Notes under the pieces: model-generated
Seen by the model: the letters and a program-made list of their open reading frames with translations, nothing else
What the model was told of the DNA's origin: nothing
The model's database searches: none
Shown: positions 1 to 12,134 of the stretch, piece by piece
How the letters are laid out: each line of letters starts with the position of its first letter
Position numbering within the stretch: position 1 is the stretch's first letter
Made by a program: the position numbers and the translations under genes
Assembly (NCBI RefSeq): GCF_018350175.1
Contig: NC_058372.1
Coordinates: forward strand, 15,562,001-15,626,000
Reading direction: 5' to 3'
Length of the DNA: 64,000 nucleotides
Source: Felis catus
Taxonomy: Eukaryota

Positions 1-215
1 TCAGTTGAGCGTCCGACTTGGGCTCAGGTCATGATCTCGTGGTTTGTGAGTTCGAGCCCTGCGTCGGGCTCTGTGCCGACAGCTCGGAGCCTGGAGCCTG
101 GAGCCTGCTTCGGACTCTGTGTCTCCCTCTCTCTCTCTCTGCCCCTCCCCTGCTCATGGCTCTGTCTCTCTCTGTCTCAAAAATAAAATAAAAAGTAAAA
201 AAAAATTAAACAAAG
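1..215 (+). mobile_element. CAN-SINE, cut by the window edge
   Basis: B-box GAGTTCGAGCCC, (CT)n tract and A tail; GGAGCCT unit present three times. Confidence 0.93.
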
Positions 216-1401
216 AAATTACCTAGCCTGGGGAGATGCCAGCTCACGCTTTGCATCGGTCCTTAGATTTGGGGGGTGTGGGGGATGCTGTTCGCCACCT
301 CAGAATGAGAGCCTGGTGTGGCTGACTGATGGCGGCATTTTCCCAAACCACAAGCGGTGAGCAAGCTACAGTTACAAGTCAGAATGACTGTCTTTTATTG
401 CCTGTGCCACGAACATAAGAAATGGATTTCAATTTTCTCCCTTGAACGCTGCACTCTGATTTAACGCAGGACCTAATCCTCTGCACGTATCACTTTGTGT
501 TCTGCTCGTGGTGACTCTAGTTGTGAGCCACCTGGCAGCAGAACACACGGATTTAGCACACTCTTTCTCTCCACCGCGTTATTACATTCTAAATACGAGG
601 CAATGACATAGTAAGTTCCAGGGGGATTTTCCCGCCGGCCCCATCTCGTTCACCACCCTCCGCCAGAATAGCGATAGCGACTCGCGAAGCGACGGGGACC
701 GTACCCAGCGAGGAGGAGAGGAGAATTTTCGTACTTCTCAAAGGAGGGTTCTACCTCTGATCCGGACCTGGAGCTTAGTGCTGGTTTTCATACCTGAGGT
801 GTACGTTCCAACGATCATCGAGCAGCAGGTGCTTCTGAAATCCTTCTGATTCCCGGACTCATGGGCATTGAGGAAAAAAAATCCAAATGAACGTATTCTT
901 CAGGAGTCATCTGACTAAACTCCCGAGACAGAGAACGCTGGATCATAAGCTCTCTCTAGGAACGTGGTGGACTGCTTTAAGGATCCATCCACAAAAATAC
1001 CTACATGCAAATGAATTTGGACCCTACAAGATGTTAATTCCCAATTGCTGCCGATACACACATACAACGCTCTCACATTTACGCACACGACGCACAGAAT
1101 GTTCCCATCTCAAAATCTCAGCAAAATGCGCAGCGCACTTCCCCACAGAAGGTAGGATTGTGTCACACGGACGAAAAAGTACGTCTTCCAGGTCAGAGGT
1201 CAACACCAGGGACCCAGGCAGAGATGCGCTCCCCGGGGTTGGATTTGGTCCATAAATGTATTCTCCTTGCTCTGTGCCAAGTTTTAAAAATTTGGAACTG
1301 TCATTTAAACAAATCCGGATTTTTGTTTTCAGAGGATATGACAAACTAGTCCTTCATTTCTGCAAAACAACAGGGGCTAAAGGTGAATGGTGCCAGTGCC
1401 T

Positions 1402-1632
1402 TTATTTATTAAAAAATTTTTTTAATGTTTATTTATTTTTGAAAGATAGCGAGTGAGTGAGCGCAAGCAAGTAGGGGAAGGGCAGAGAAAGGAGGAGACG
1501 CAGAATCCGAAGCAGGTTCCAGGCTCTGAGCTGTCAGCGCAGAACCTGACGTGGGGCTTGAACTCACGAACCGCGAGATCGTGACCTGAGCCGAAGTCAG
1601 ATGCGTAACTGACCGAGCCACCCAGGTGTCCC
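1402..1632 (-). mobile_element. CAN-SINE with TSD
   Basis: TSD GTGCCAGTGCCT at 1390-1401 and 1633-1644. Confidence 0.93.
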
Positions 1633-1773
1633 GTGCCAGTGCCTCTGTGCCCAACACTCTCTGTTAACAATCTCAGAGCTGCCTGCTTCACTTATGTTCA
1701 CTCTCTGGCTGCCCCCACGTGCATTTGCGGTTGGGGCCCCTTTCCTAGCTAGACCCACTTTATACCTCCCCAA

Positions 1774-2030
1774 ATGTTATGGGTTGAATCATATCTCCCC
1801 CAAATCTGTAGGTTGGAGTCGTAACCCAGTACCGCAGAATAAGACCTTATTTAGGGACAGGCTCTTCACAGGGATGACCAAGTTAAAACAAGGCCATTAT
1901 GGTTGGGCCCCAACCAATATGACTGGTCTCCTTCTAAAAAGGGGAAATTTTGACACAGAGCTGTACTCCCAGGGAGATGAGATAAACACACAGGTCAATC
2001 AGGGTGATGCATCTACAGCAAAGAATACTT
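1774..2030 (+). mobile_element. MaLR (MLT1-like) LTR, 5' part
   Basis: Starts TGTTATGGGTTGAAT; contains GACCTTATTT and CCAATATGACTGGT..CCTT.TAAAAAGGGGAAATTT.GACACAGA, typical of MLT1. Confidence 0.8.
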
Positions 2031-3272
2031 TGAGAAGCTTAAGTCTCTTCCTTTGACCCTCAGGTGGAATCATAGGGGAACGGCCTGAATCTCTGGACAC
2101 GTCTGGTCCAGAAAAAGGACATCCCAAAGAGAAACATCCTTCCCCAAACCAAGCGTGGCTTTCAAGAGCTTCCCCAAGGAGATGTTTCCAAAGACAAGTG
2201 GGGGCTGGGTGCGCACCCGCTCAGGCCGGTGCTGAGAGATTCTGGTCAACTGTGGCTGCAAAAAAGGTGAAGGCACTTCACCTGAGCGGGAGGCTGATAT
2301 TTCAAGGGAGGAGAGGTATTTTTGGGGGGCAAGTGTGTGAGGGAAGCAGACTGCCTCAATCCCCACTTACTCCCGAGTGTGCATTAGATTACGCGCTCCT
2401 ATATCCACTGCCCAGGCGCCTTCCATTTGATTTTTCTTCCTAGGCTTCTCTCCTCCCTCTGTCTCATCTAAACGTTCCAGAGGGGACTCAAGCGGACGGC
2501 AGAGAGGGTCTCGGTGGGAGAGGACCAAGCCGGCTAGGTCTGGAGAGCTGACAGCTCCCTGAGAGAAGGTCTAAGTCCACTGGCTGCTGAGTGATCATGA
2601 ACGAGCCATGTTCCAGAGTCTTAGTTCCTTCCTTTTAAAACAAGCAGTCCTGGTGACTTACAGAACAACTTGCTTTCTAAAGGATAGTTCAGAGACAACA
2701 GCATGATGTTTTTAGGCGTCAGGCTTCTGTGCAGTCTCTGAAAGCCCCCTTCCCAGGGCCTCTGTGCCCTGCAGGGGAGTCTCACTCCCTGGCCCGGTCG
2801 ACACCCCTGGCTGGAGAGCGGAGAAGGAACAGAAGTCACATCCCTGGCTGATCAGGAGGCCACTTGAGCTACGGACACTGAGAGCAATGGCTCCCTCATT
2901 TCTTCTGTGATTTTGGGGGGGTGGGTGGTAAATCGGTGGCAAATAAAATGGAATCCTGTGGACTGAATATTTCTCTCGGGAGAATAACCAGCTTGGTATA
3001 GGAAAAGAACTAGGAGTGAATCCGACAGCTAAGAGCACACACTTGGGCTGAGCACCTCCTACGGTCCAGCCCGGAGGGCTCTAGAGAAAAGGCCTAGATG
3101 GAGAGCAGTGCGGTCTTGCATTTGGGCGGGGCTCCGGTGGGCTGAGGGACTACCCTGAGGTTCTACGTTTCCATGGACCAGAGGTCACGGGAGATGAAAA
3201 GTCTTCCTCACATAGCCCTGAGAAGGGCCCTTTGACCTGGGGACTCTATGCTTTTTGAAAACTCCATCAATA

Positions 3273-3484
3273 GGGGCGCGTGGGTGGCTCTATCAGTTGG
3301 TTAAGCATCCGACTCTTGATTTCAACTCATGTCATGATCTCACAGTTTTGTGAGTTTGAGCTCCAATTCGGGCTCTGCACAGAGCCTGCTTAGGATTCCC
3401 TCTCTGTCTCTGTGTCTCTCTCTGCCCCTTTCCTGCTCATATTTTCCATCTCTCTCAAAATAAATAAACATAAAAAACTATAAA
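3273..3484 (+). mobile_element. CAN-SINE with TSD
   Basis: TSD AAAACTCCATCAATA at 3258-3272 and 3485-3499. Confidence 0.92.
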
Positions 3485-3562
3485 AAAACTCCATCAATAA
3501 AATCTAGGCATGCACCCCCACATATGCCATCTCCTTTAGCCACACACAAGTGCACTCATGTA

Positions 3563-3563
<1 letters not shown>

Positions 3564-3605
<42 letters not shown>
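3564..3605. repeat. (CA)n microsatellite
   Basis: About 21 perfect CA units. Confidence 0.97.
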
Positions 3606-3606
<1 letters not shown>

Positions 3607-6099
3607 GCAAGAATGATACACAGTACATTTAAATAGAAGTCCTGCTACTTGTGTCCCCCCGACACCCAAGTAGATGGGTTTGCTCACCCCTTGGTTCTCT
3701 GCACCCATCCTGAGTCTGTACACAGAAGGCGCAGAGCAAATGTGCACCCAGCGGACCATGTTCATGTCTCAAGGGCAGCCCACATTTCTCAAATGGCAAC
3801 CGACTGTGAAGACACCCAGATGGCTCCCTGATTGGGGTTCTGGAGAGTGTGCCCAATGGCATCCATGAGAACATATTTTTGAAAGGACGATGTTTTTGCA
3901 TTCTCTGCCTTATGCTTGACATCGTTTTATGTGGTGTTTCTGCTTCCCACCCCCAAGCTGGGAGCATTCTTGGAATGCTGCTTTGTTTGTTTGTTTGTTT
4001 TATGCTATTAACACTGCCAGGCTAACATTAGGTTTTGTATCTTACTTGTCACTCTGTGAGCACAACAGACTTGGCCTCGTGTTTTTCAAAGCAGGTAAGA
4101 TTTCTAGCCCTTCTGTGCCACCTCCAGCAGCCAAAGAATGCCACAGCCCCGCAGCAAACCCAATGCAGATTCCTAACATTCTTTTAGCGACTTTTTCGAT
4201 AATTAAGCTCACAAATGGCGGAAGGTGATCAGATGACCTAATCTGATCCCCTCGGGTTAGGGAGTGAGGGCTCAGGGAAGGCAGGTGCCTGCTCAGGAAA
4301 CTGCAGAAACCAGAGCTAGAACCCAAGGTTCCTGTCCTACAACTAGTTCTCTCCACCACTGTCACCTTCTGGTTCTCAGAAAGTCCCTTCCATTCGGCCC
4401 TGGCTCTGGGATAATTGAGTGGCTGTGAGCACAGAGCTGGGTGCTCATTCTAAAGGGAACAGTCTCGAAAACTCCTTGGGTGTGAATCAGTGGCCGCACT
4501 ATGTTGAAGGTGGGCTTGAGATGCAGACTGGCCTGGCCGCTGGAGACCGTAGTACTCCGTCAGCCCGCTAAACACTTCTGACAATCCTCTCTCTTTAAGA
4601 TCCACTTTCTACATCTAGAGATGCCCGGGGTCTTACCGCAAGGAAATAAACTCCCTAGCTGGAAGAGGGAGCCAAGACGGGGTGAACTCGGAGCAAGGAT
4701 GCCGGCCAGCTCAACACCTCAAATATGCCCAATGCTGCCCTCCCTACCCCCCTCTTTCTCCCCCGGGCCACCATCAGGGTGAAAGAGGCTGGCGAATGGT
4801 AACCTTCAGTGGATTTTAGGAATTCCAGGCAGTAGCTAAGTGTTGTTAGAAGAGGAAGGGTTGGGAAGGGTTGATGTTCAAGGATAACTTGAACTTGATG
4901 TTCAAGGGTTGATGTTCAAGGAGGACTTTTTCCGGCACGTGCATGGTCTGGGTCTCTTCCCATCTGCCGGCCGGTCACGGCGGCCAGATGGGAACTTGGG
5001 TTCAGGCAGGAGAAGCTGGGGGCTGTCTCCCTTTTGGGGAGTATGTTCTGGGACACCAATTTCCTGTTCCACTTCGTCGCTTACCTCTGGGTGGAACACC
5101 TCCACAATGGGTAAGCAGAGAAGCCAGCCGTACATCTGCTTTCTACACCGCGTCCCCCCCGCCCCCGTCTCTCTTTCCCCAGTGAAGATGCCACCCTGGG
5201 CGGCCAGATGTCCTGGCTTCTCCCTGACATCATGTCCCCCAGAGAACTCCCCCATTTGCCCCCTCACATGCCTGGGCTCTGCTTGCTCGGCAGCAAAGCC
5301 GGGCAAGTGGGAAGCGAGGAGAACAAATAGAATATAGGGTGCTGACCCTTGGCATGAGGGAGCTGCCCTTCGAGAAGATGGGCTGGGCTCAAGAAATGGC
5401 TCTTTCTTTCTTCCCTGAGTCCCACCAAGGGCCGGCCCTATCTGTATTAGGTGCAAAACGGAACAAGCTGGCTCAGGAAGCAGCCCACACCTATAGCCAC
5501 CCATCCCACCCCCAGAAAGAGAAGCTGGTTATACCCTGGGAGTGGCGCGGTCTCCAGGAGGGATGATAATAGGGAGGAGGCTCTGAGCAGTCGCTGAAGG
5601 AGGACAATGAGGACAAGGGGTGAGCGCTGCCCCGTGGACAGAAATGTCCGTTCCAGGAAAGGAACACCATTTAACGAGCCAACGATGGGACAGGCTCTCC
5701 GGGGCGCTGGAAGGAGCCGTCACCACAGTTTTCAGAGAGATGTGGATCACTAAACTCCGAACGGGTTACTGCATTCGATGAGCGTGTGCGAGAGGCAGGT
5801 GGTGACCGATTTGTGTCCTAGGACTCTAAAGGCGGCAGAAGGGAGACCATATCGTCCATCAGCGTCCGACGAGTTACACAGCCCTGCACCAGTGAAACAG
5901 CACCCTCCAGACCGACACCAAGTTGACCACGAGACAGGAGCTGCCCCGGAAGTAAAGAACTAAATCCGCTGGGAGGGGAGAATACCAGCACGCCGCTGGG
6001 TGACGGCTGTGCCTCTGTTAGCTCTTCATACACCACTTTCCTCACTTGTCCTTGAGGAGACCACGAAAGCTACCTGCCCGACTTGATGGGAGGAGAAAA

Positions 6100-6550
6100 C
6101 GAAATAATAACGGACGACTGAGTGTGTACTGTGGGCCAGGGATGGGCCTGAAGGTTTTCCTTATGCTTCTGAATTCTTGCAACTCCCATTTTACCATTGC
6201 AGAAACACAGGCGGAGAGGAAAAGTGACTCACTCAGGGCGACTGTGCCAAGAGGCAGAGCACAGCCCAAACCCTGGGCACAGCGCCTCCCACAAGGGAAG
6301 GGGCTCCGTGTGCCAGCTCCTAGAACAGAGAGGCGGTGTCACGCACGTGGCCAAGAGGGGGCGCTCTGGAGCCATTCTGTGCCGCACCGCGCGGGTAACT
6401 ACGGGTCTCCACCCCTGGTGTGCTCCTCTGTAAAACGGGCACACAGATGCCCATTTCGTAGCGAGGCTCAAGGACTAAGTGACTCGATACGCGCAAAATG
6501 TGTAGGAGAAATGCCAGGCACATAATACACGCTCTGCTAGCGTTAGCCGA
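6100..6550. mobile_element. Two diverged MIRs in opposite orientation (~6100-6280 minus; ~6380-6550 plus)
   Basis: MIR-core-like CCCATTTTAC...GAAACACAGGC and CTCTGTAAAACGGG...TGCCAGGCACATA. Confidence 0.65.
6348..6366 (+). promoter_or_regulatory. CTCF-binding motif
   Basis: TGGCCAAGAGGGGGCGCTC versus consensus TGGCCACCAGGGGGCGCT; binding itself is not shown. Confidence 0.6.
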
Positions 6551-7011
6551 TACATCAACATGCCCTAGGCTATAAACACACGCGCGGGTGTTTAACACAC
6601 GATTGTAACATGCTTGCTACACCTATGTCTGTAATAGCTGCAAATACGAGCCACCGCTCAGGTTAGCAACGAGGCCCGATTAACCCGTGGTCCCCTCTAG
6701 TTGCACAGCGTAGCAGAAAATGTATTTATCTGACTGCTCTGGGCCTCGCCAGGCCACAACCCCTATGGATGCAGGCGGTCCCGTCTTATTGGATGGTGGT
6801 GCTTCTCCCTGAACCTTTATTCAAGTCAAATTCCCAGGATCTGGGTGAGTCTTGAAGGGGAGGGGACTCTAAAAGCAACCCTGGAAAAGTGGAAAGCTTT
6901 CTGTGGACCTTTTCGGCCGGCAGCTGTTCAAGGGGCGCCCGGGCCTGACCTGGGGATGGAAACTGGGTTCCACTCGAGTCCGCGGAGCTGACGGCCGGCG
7001 GGCTGACCTAC

Positions 7012-7168
7012 CTCGTGAGCTTGCTGCCGATCTGCTGCCTCAACTCCAGTCTCTCTTCATCCGTCTGCCTGGGGAGGATGTTCTTCTCTTCCAGCTCCCG
7101 CTTGGAGGGCCTGTTGCTGAGTTTGATGGCTAAGGAGTCCTTCCTGCACACCTTCATGGCCAGGGAGG
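7012..7168 (-). CDS. PHACTR1: PHACTR1 internal coding exon, 157 nt, phase 1-2, G-actin-binding RPEL motif
   Basis: Acceptor tcctgcag|CC and donor ACGAG|gtaggt. Encodes [52 protein letters not shown] (RPxxxEL core). Confidence 0.97.
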
Positions 7169-7747
7169 CTGCAGGAGGGAGAAGCGAGTCATTAACGCTG
7201 ATGCAAACCTGCCTGTCCTCCTGGCGAGGCTGGGCCTCAAGGTTAAAGGCAGGAAGGCCGACATAATGGGTTTAACCCCCCGGGCGTGGCTAAGGCCTCA
7301 TTCAGAGCGCTCATTGATAGAATTCCCAAGAGCAGCAGGTTCCAGGTGCCTTGCAGGTGAGGGTCCCAGCTCCCCCAGGAACCCCCAGCGGGCAGGCAGC
7401 ATCACAAAGGAGGGCTGGCGGGGCCTGGGGAGTGCAACAGAATGCAAGACAGAGTGGTCAGAGGCCCTGAGGAGCTGTGGGAGCTTCGAAGAGGAGAAGG
7501 GACCGACAGCAGAGGAGAAGAGGGGCCAGCAGTGGCTGGCGGCCCTTTGCAGGGGGGAAGCCTCCGAGATGACGGAGAAGCCAGGTGATCGCAGGAGACA
7601 GCTGGAGGGGACCCCGGGGTGTGTGAAGGAAAGTATAGTTGGGCAAAGTTGGCGGAGTTTGGGGCGAGAGTGGAGGCAAGATCATTCCAACAGGGAACAT
7701 TCTGGGATTGAGCAGAGGAGGGGGCTTCCTTATGCCTGGAATGCATC

Positions 7748-7990
7748 TATGGTTCTCAACCAAGGGCGATTTTGCATCTCCCTACCCCCGCCAGGGACAG
7801 ACTTGGCAAAGTCTAGAGATATTTTCCAGTTGTCAAAACTGGGGTCTTGAGGGGGGGGGCGGGAGGGTGCTCCTGGCATCTAGCGGGCAGAGGCCCGGGG
7901 TGCTGCTGAACATGCTATGATGTACAGGGTAGCCCCCCCAGTGAAGAATGATCTGGTCCAATGTCAGTGGTGCCGAGGCTGAGAACCCGT
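7748..7990 (+). mobile_element. MER20-like hAT-Charlie DNA transposon
   Basis: GGTTCTCAACC..GGGCGATTTTGC start, CTGGCATCTAG.GGG.AGAGGCC core, GCCGAGGCTGAGAACCC end. Confidence 0.85.
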
Positions 7991-8284
7991 GGTATAAATC
8001 GTTCAATTCTCCAGGCAGGAAACGGTGAGTAGAGGCTGGGAGCCACTCCCACTCAGGGGTCCCCTGGGCTTTGGTGACCCGTCTGTGGTTCTCTCTCTCC
8101 GATGTTATTTCCACCACCTCATTGCTTGCTCACCAGGCGTCTTCTCAGCTCTCCAGTTCAGCTAGCTGCCTGAAGCCTGGTGCGTGTAAAGCAACAGCGA
8201 GAGGCTGGGAAGTTCCATGTTTGGGGGGGGGGGGGTTCCTTTAGATTTTATTTAATAGTGCTGGTCTTTCTTCCTCCACTGGTC

Positions 8285-9040
8285 TTTTTTTTTTTTTTTA
8301 ACATTTATTCATTTTTAGGGGCATCTGGGTAGTTCAGTCGGTTGAGCGTCTGACTTTGGCTCATGATCTCATGTTCGTGAGTTTGAGCCCCACGTTGGGC
8401 TCAGTACTGACAGCTCAGAGCCCGGAGCCCGCTTCAGTTTCTCTGTCTCTGTCTCTCTCTGACCCTCCCCTGCTCACACTCTGTCTCTCTCTCTCCCTCA
8501 AAATAAACATTCAAAAAAAAGAATTTTACCATTTATTCATTTTTGAGAGACAGAGAGAGACAAAGCATGAGTAGGGGAGGGGCAGAAAGAGAGAGGGAGA
8601 CACAGAATCTGAAACAGGCTCCAGGCTCTGAGCTGTCAGCACCGAGCCCGACACGGGGCTCGAACCCACCAACAGCGAGATCATGACCTGAGCCGGAGTC
8701 AGATGCTCAAATAGCTGAGCCACCNNNNNNNNNNNNNNNNNNNNNNNNNNNNNNNNNNNNNNNNNNNNNNNNNNNNNNNNNNNNNNNNNNNNNNNNNNNN
8801 NNNNNNNNNNNNNNNNNNNNNNNNNNNNNNNNNNNNNNNNNNNNNNNNNNNNNNNNNNNNNNNNNNNNNNNNNNNNNGAGAGAGAGAGCATGAGCGGGGA
8901 AGGGGCAGAGAGAGAGGAGGACAGAGGAACCGAAGGGGGTTGTGCATGATCAGCACGGAGCCCATGGTGGGGCTTGAACTCAAAACAGTGAGATCATGAC
9001 CTGAGCCAAAGTCAACTGCTCAAGCGACTGAGCCCCACTG
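8285..9040. mobile_element. CAN-SINE cluster: a plus copy (8318-8525) inside the tail of a minus copy (8285-8724+), and another minus copy (8878-9040) beyond the gap
   Basis: SINE heads and CT/GA tracts; CATTTATTCATTTTT duplicated at 8302-8316 and 8530-8544. Confidence 0.88.
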
Positions 9041-9059
9041 GACTTAGAATAAGGGCCTG

Positions 9060-9270
9060 GGAATGAGACCTAGCGGGCATCAAATCCTAGCACTGCCTCT
9101 TAGACAGATGTGAGGCTCTGGGCCAGTTCCTTTCCTCTCTTTATTCTTCCTTATCTGTGAAATGGGACCACAGTACCCATGCCACCGGGTGTTGTAAGAT
9201 GCACATAAGAGAATAAGATTTTAGCATACTGGCAGGCACACGGTATATATTCAGTAAAAGGTTGCTATTA
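9060..9270 (+). mobile_element. MIR
   Basis: CAAATCCTAGC...ATCTGTGAAATGGG...GGCACACGGTA core. Confidence 0.75.
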
Positions 9271-9295
9271 TGGAACTTCATTAAAAAGTTGACCA

Positions 9296-9979
9296 GGGGC
9301 GCCTGGGTGGCGCAGTCGGTTAAGCGTCCGACTTCAGCCAGGTCACGATCTCGCGGTCCGGGAGTTCGAGCCCCGTGTCGGGCTCTGGGCTGATGGCTCA
9401 GAGCCTGGAGCCTGTTTCCGATTCTGTGTCTCCCTCTCTCTCTGCCCCTCCCCCGTTCATGCTCTGTCTCGCTCTGTCCCAAAAATAAATTAAAAAAAAA
9501 TAAAAAAAGTTGACCAAATAGGGGTGCCTGGGTGGCTGAGTTGGCTAAGCACCTGACTCTCTCTTTTTAAAATTTTTTTAATGTTTATTTATCTTTGAGA
9601 CAGAGAGAGACAGAGCATGAGCAGGGGAGGGGCTGAGAGAGAAGGACACACAGAATCCAAAGCAGGCTCCAGGCTCCGAGCTGTCAGCAAAGAGCCCGAC
9701 GTGGGGTTCGAACTCATGGACAGTGAGATCATGACCTGAGCTGAAGTCAGACGCTTAACCGACTGAGCTACCCGGGCACCCCAAGCACCTGACACTCGAT
9801 ATCGGCTCAGGTCATGATCTCACGGTTTGTTGAGATCCAGCCCCACATCGGGCTCTGAGCTCGCAGCACAGAGCCTGCTCGGGATTCTCTCTCTCTCTCC
9901 CTCTCTCTCTTCCCCTCCCCTGCTTGCTTTCTGTCTCAAAATAAACAAACATGAAAAACTTACAAAAAAAAAAAAAAAA
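9296..9979. mobile_element. Three stacked CAN-SINEs (+9296-9503 young; +9521-9979, interrupted by -9562-9782)
   Basis: TSDs AAAAAGTTGACCA, AAAAAG(T/C)TGACCAAATA and AAGCACCTGAC(T/A)CTC. Confidence 0.93.
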
Positions 9980-10394
9980 GCTGACCAAATAATCAGCGCG
10001 TACTCACTTAACTACAATTTACTATTTACGGCCAGAATGACAGCTTTGGGGCTTTGCTTTTTTTTTTTTTTCCCTTGCTTCCCTTGGGTCTTTGGCGCAG
10101 GTGAAGGCCTTAAATGAGAAATTTAAATTCAGGCCTTCTGGAACACTGAGGTACATTTCCAAATGAATTTGTTGCATACACAGTGGCTAGTATTTCTGAG
10201 TACTTTGTGGACCGGAACGGAGTTTCAGGGTCCCTCCCTCATTTTTTTTTTTTTTCCAGAAACGGGGTCAGATCCCAAGGGAAGCAATCAGGAGAAGAAA
10301 AAGCCACCTAGGAGGTAAGAAAGGGGCAGCGTGACGGTGCAAGTTTTGCAGCTATGAGGGTCCCTGGGGGACACTTACCCTTTCACCTTCCTCA

Positions 10395-10805
<411 letters not shown>

Positions 10806-11313
10806 TTAATTCTGGCTAACATGTCACATAAATGCATCAGAACCTTTCTAAAACTCCGATGTCCCCGTCCTCAGGGACGAAGGGTCTGCTGGGCATTTCA
10901 AGTCCCATTTCTTATCTCCCAGCTAAACATTTCCGGGCAGAACTTCCTGACGGATGGGGATGAGGCTTTCACAGCGGTGTGGATCGACCTAATGCCAGTC
11001 CACTGTACCCGTTAAAATGGTTAGGATGGTAACAATGTTTTTGCCTTGCGCATTTATCGCAATTTAGAAAAATAAAAACACGGTTTTTTTTAAATAATTT
11101 GAATTCCAGAAATATTTACGGTGAAGACACACATCTCCAAGTGCCAGAGGAAGGTTCCTTTGCAAACCCACATGTTTCACAGAAGGAGTAAAAGCACCGA
11201 TTTGAGGGGAAAGCTAGGGATCCAGGGAAGAAAGAGAGAACGCAGGAGGTTCTGGCTTTCAAAGCTACACAGCAATGACTGGGAGGGGCTGAGTGTGGCA
11301 GAGACTGAAATAG

Positions 11314-11541
11314 TTTTTTTTTTTTTTTTTTCAATGTTTATTTATTTTGAGACAGAGGGAGAAGAGAGTGGGGAAGGGGCAGAGAGAGAGGGAGAGGGAG
11401 AGGGAGATGCAGAATCCAATGCAGGCTCCAGGCTCTGAGCTGTCAGCACAGAGCCCGATGCGGGGCTCAAACCCATGAACCATGAGATCATGACCTGAGC
11501 TAAAGTCAGACACTCAACCAACAGAGCCACCCAGGTGCCCC
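11314..11541 (-). mobile_element. CAN-SINE
   Basis: Full body; degenerate TSD GAGACT(G/A)AAATA. Confidence 0.92.
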
Positions 11542-11906
11542 AGGAGACTAAAATAATTTTGAATGTCATGGACGGAGACGTAGAGGAAGAGTAGAGGCGG
11601 GGCCACGAGGCTGGAGATGCATGTGTGACCATCAGGGTCAACAGGTTCCTGGATGCCTTAGAGGGATTTCTCTCCCAAGGACAGTGTCAGACTCTCAGCA
11701 GCCACGGGTCATGTCAGTCTGGTTATTTCGTAGATCAGTTGTCCAGGGGACAATGATGACGTTGTTCTTGGCTTTACCTCTTAAATTGAACCCACTCAGA
11801 TAAAATATATATTTTAATTAAAAATGGTTTGCTTCATTATGAAGACCATTTAAGTTCACTGTAGGCAAATTAGGAAGCGCATAGCAAAAATTAAAAAAAA
11901 AAAATA

Positions 11907-12134
11907 GGGGCACCTGGGTGGCTCAGTCGGTTAAGCTTCCGACTTCAGCTCAGGTCATGCTCTCACGGCCTGTGAGTTTGAGCCCCGCGTCGGGCTCTGT
12001 GCTGATGGCTCGGAGCCTGGAGCCTGCTTCCGATTCTGTGTCTCCCCCTCTCTCTCTCTCTGCCCCTCCACCCACTCACACTCTTTCTCTCTCTGTCCTT
12101 CAAAAATAAATAAATGCTAAAAAAATTTTTAAAA
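11907..12134 (+). mobile_element. CAN-SINE
   Basis: GGGGCACCTGGGTGGCTCAGTCGG head, CT tract and A tail. Confidence 0.92.

Noticed and set aside
4902-5504. 200-aa ORF, and similar ORFs at 7266-7850, 18518-19138 and 48438-48998
   Set aside because: No recognisable homology; lengths are expected by chance in GC-rich sequence; some overlap old repeats.
7008-7011. In-frame stops right after the phase-2 donors (AG|GTAG here, AG|GTAA at 30717)
   Set aside because: A by-product of the donor consensus; not evidence of a terminal exon.
11918-12109. Recurrent 'MAQSVKRPTSAQVMIS...' ORF family
   Set aside because: These are translations of the CAN-SINE body, not a gene family.
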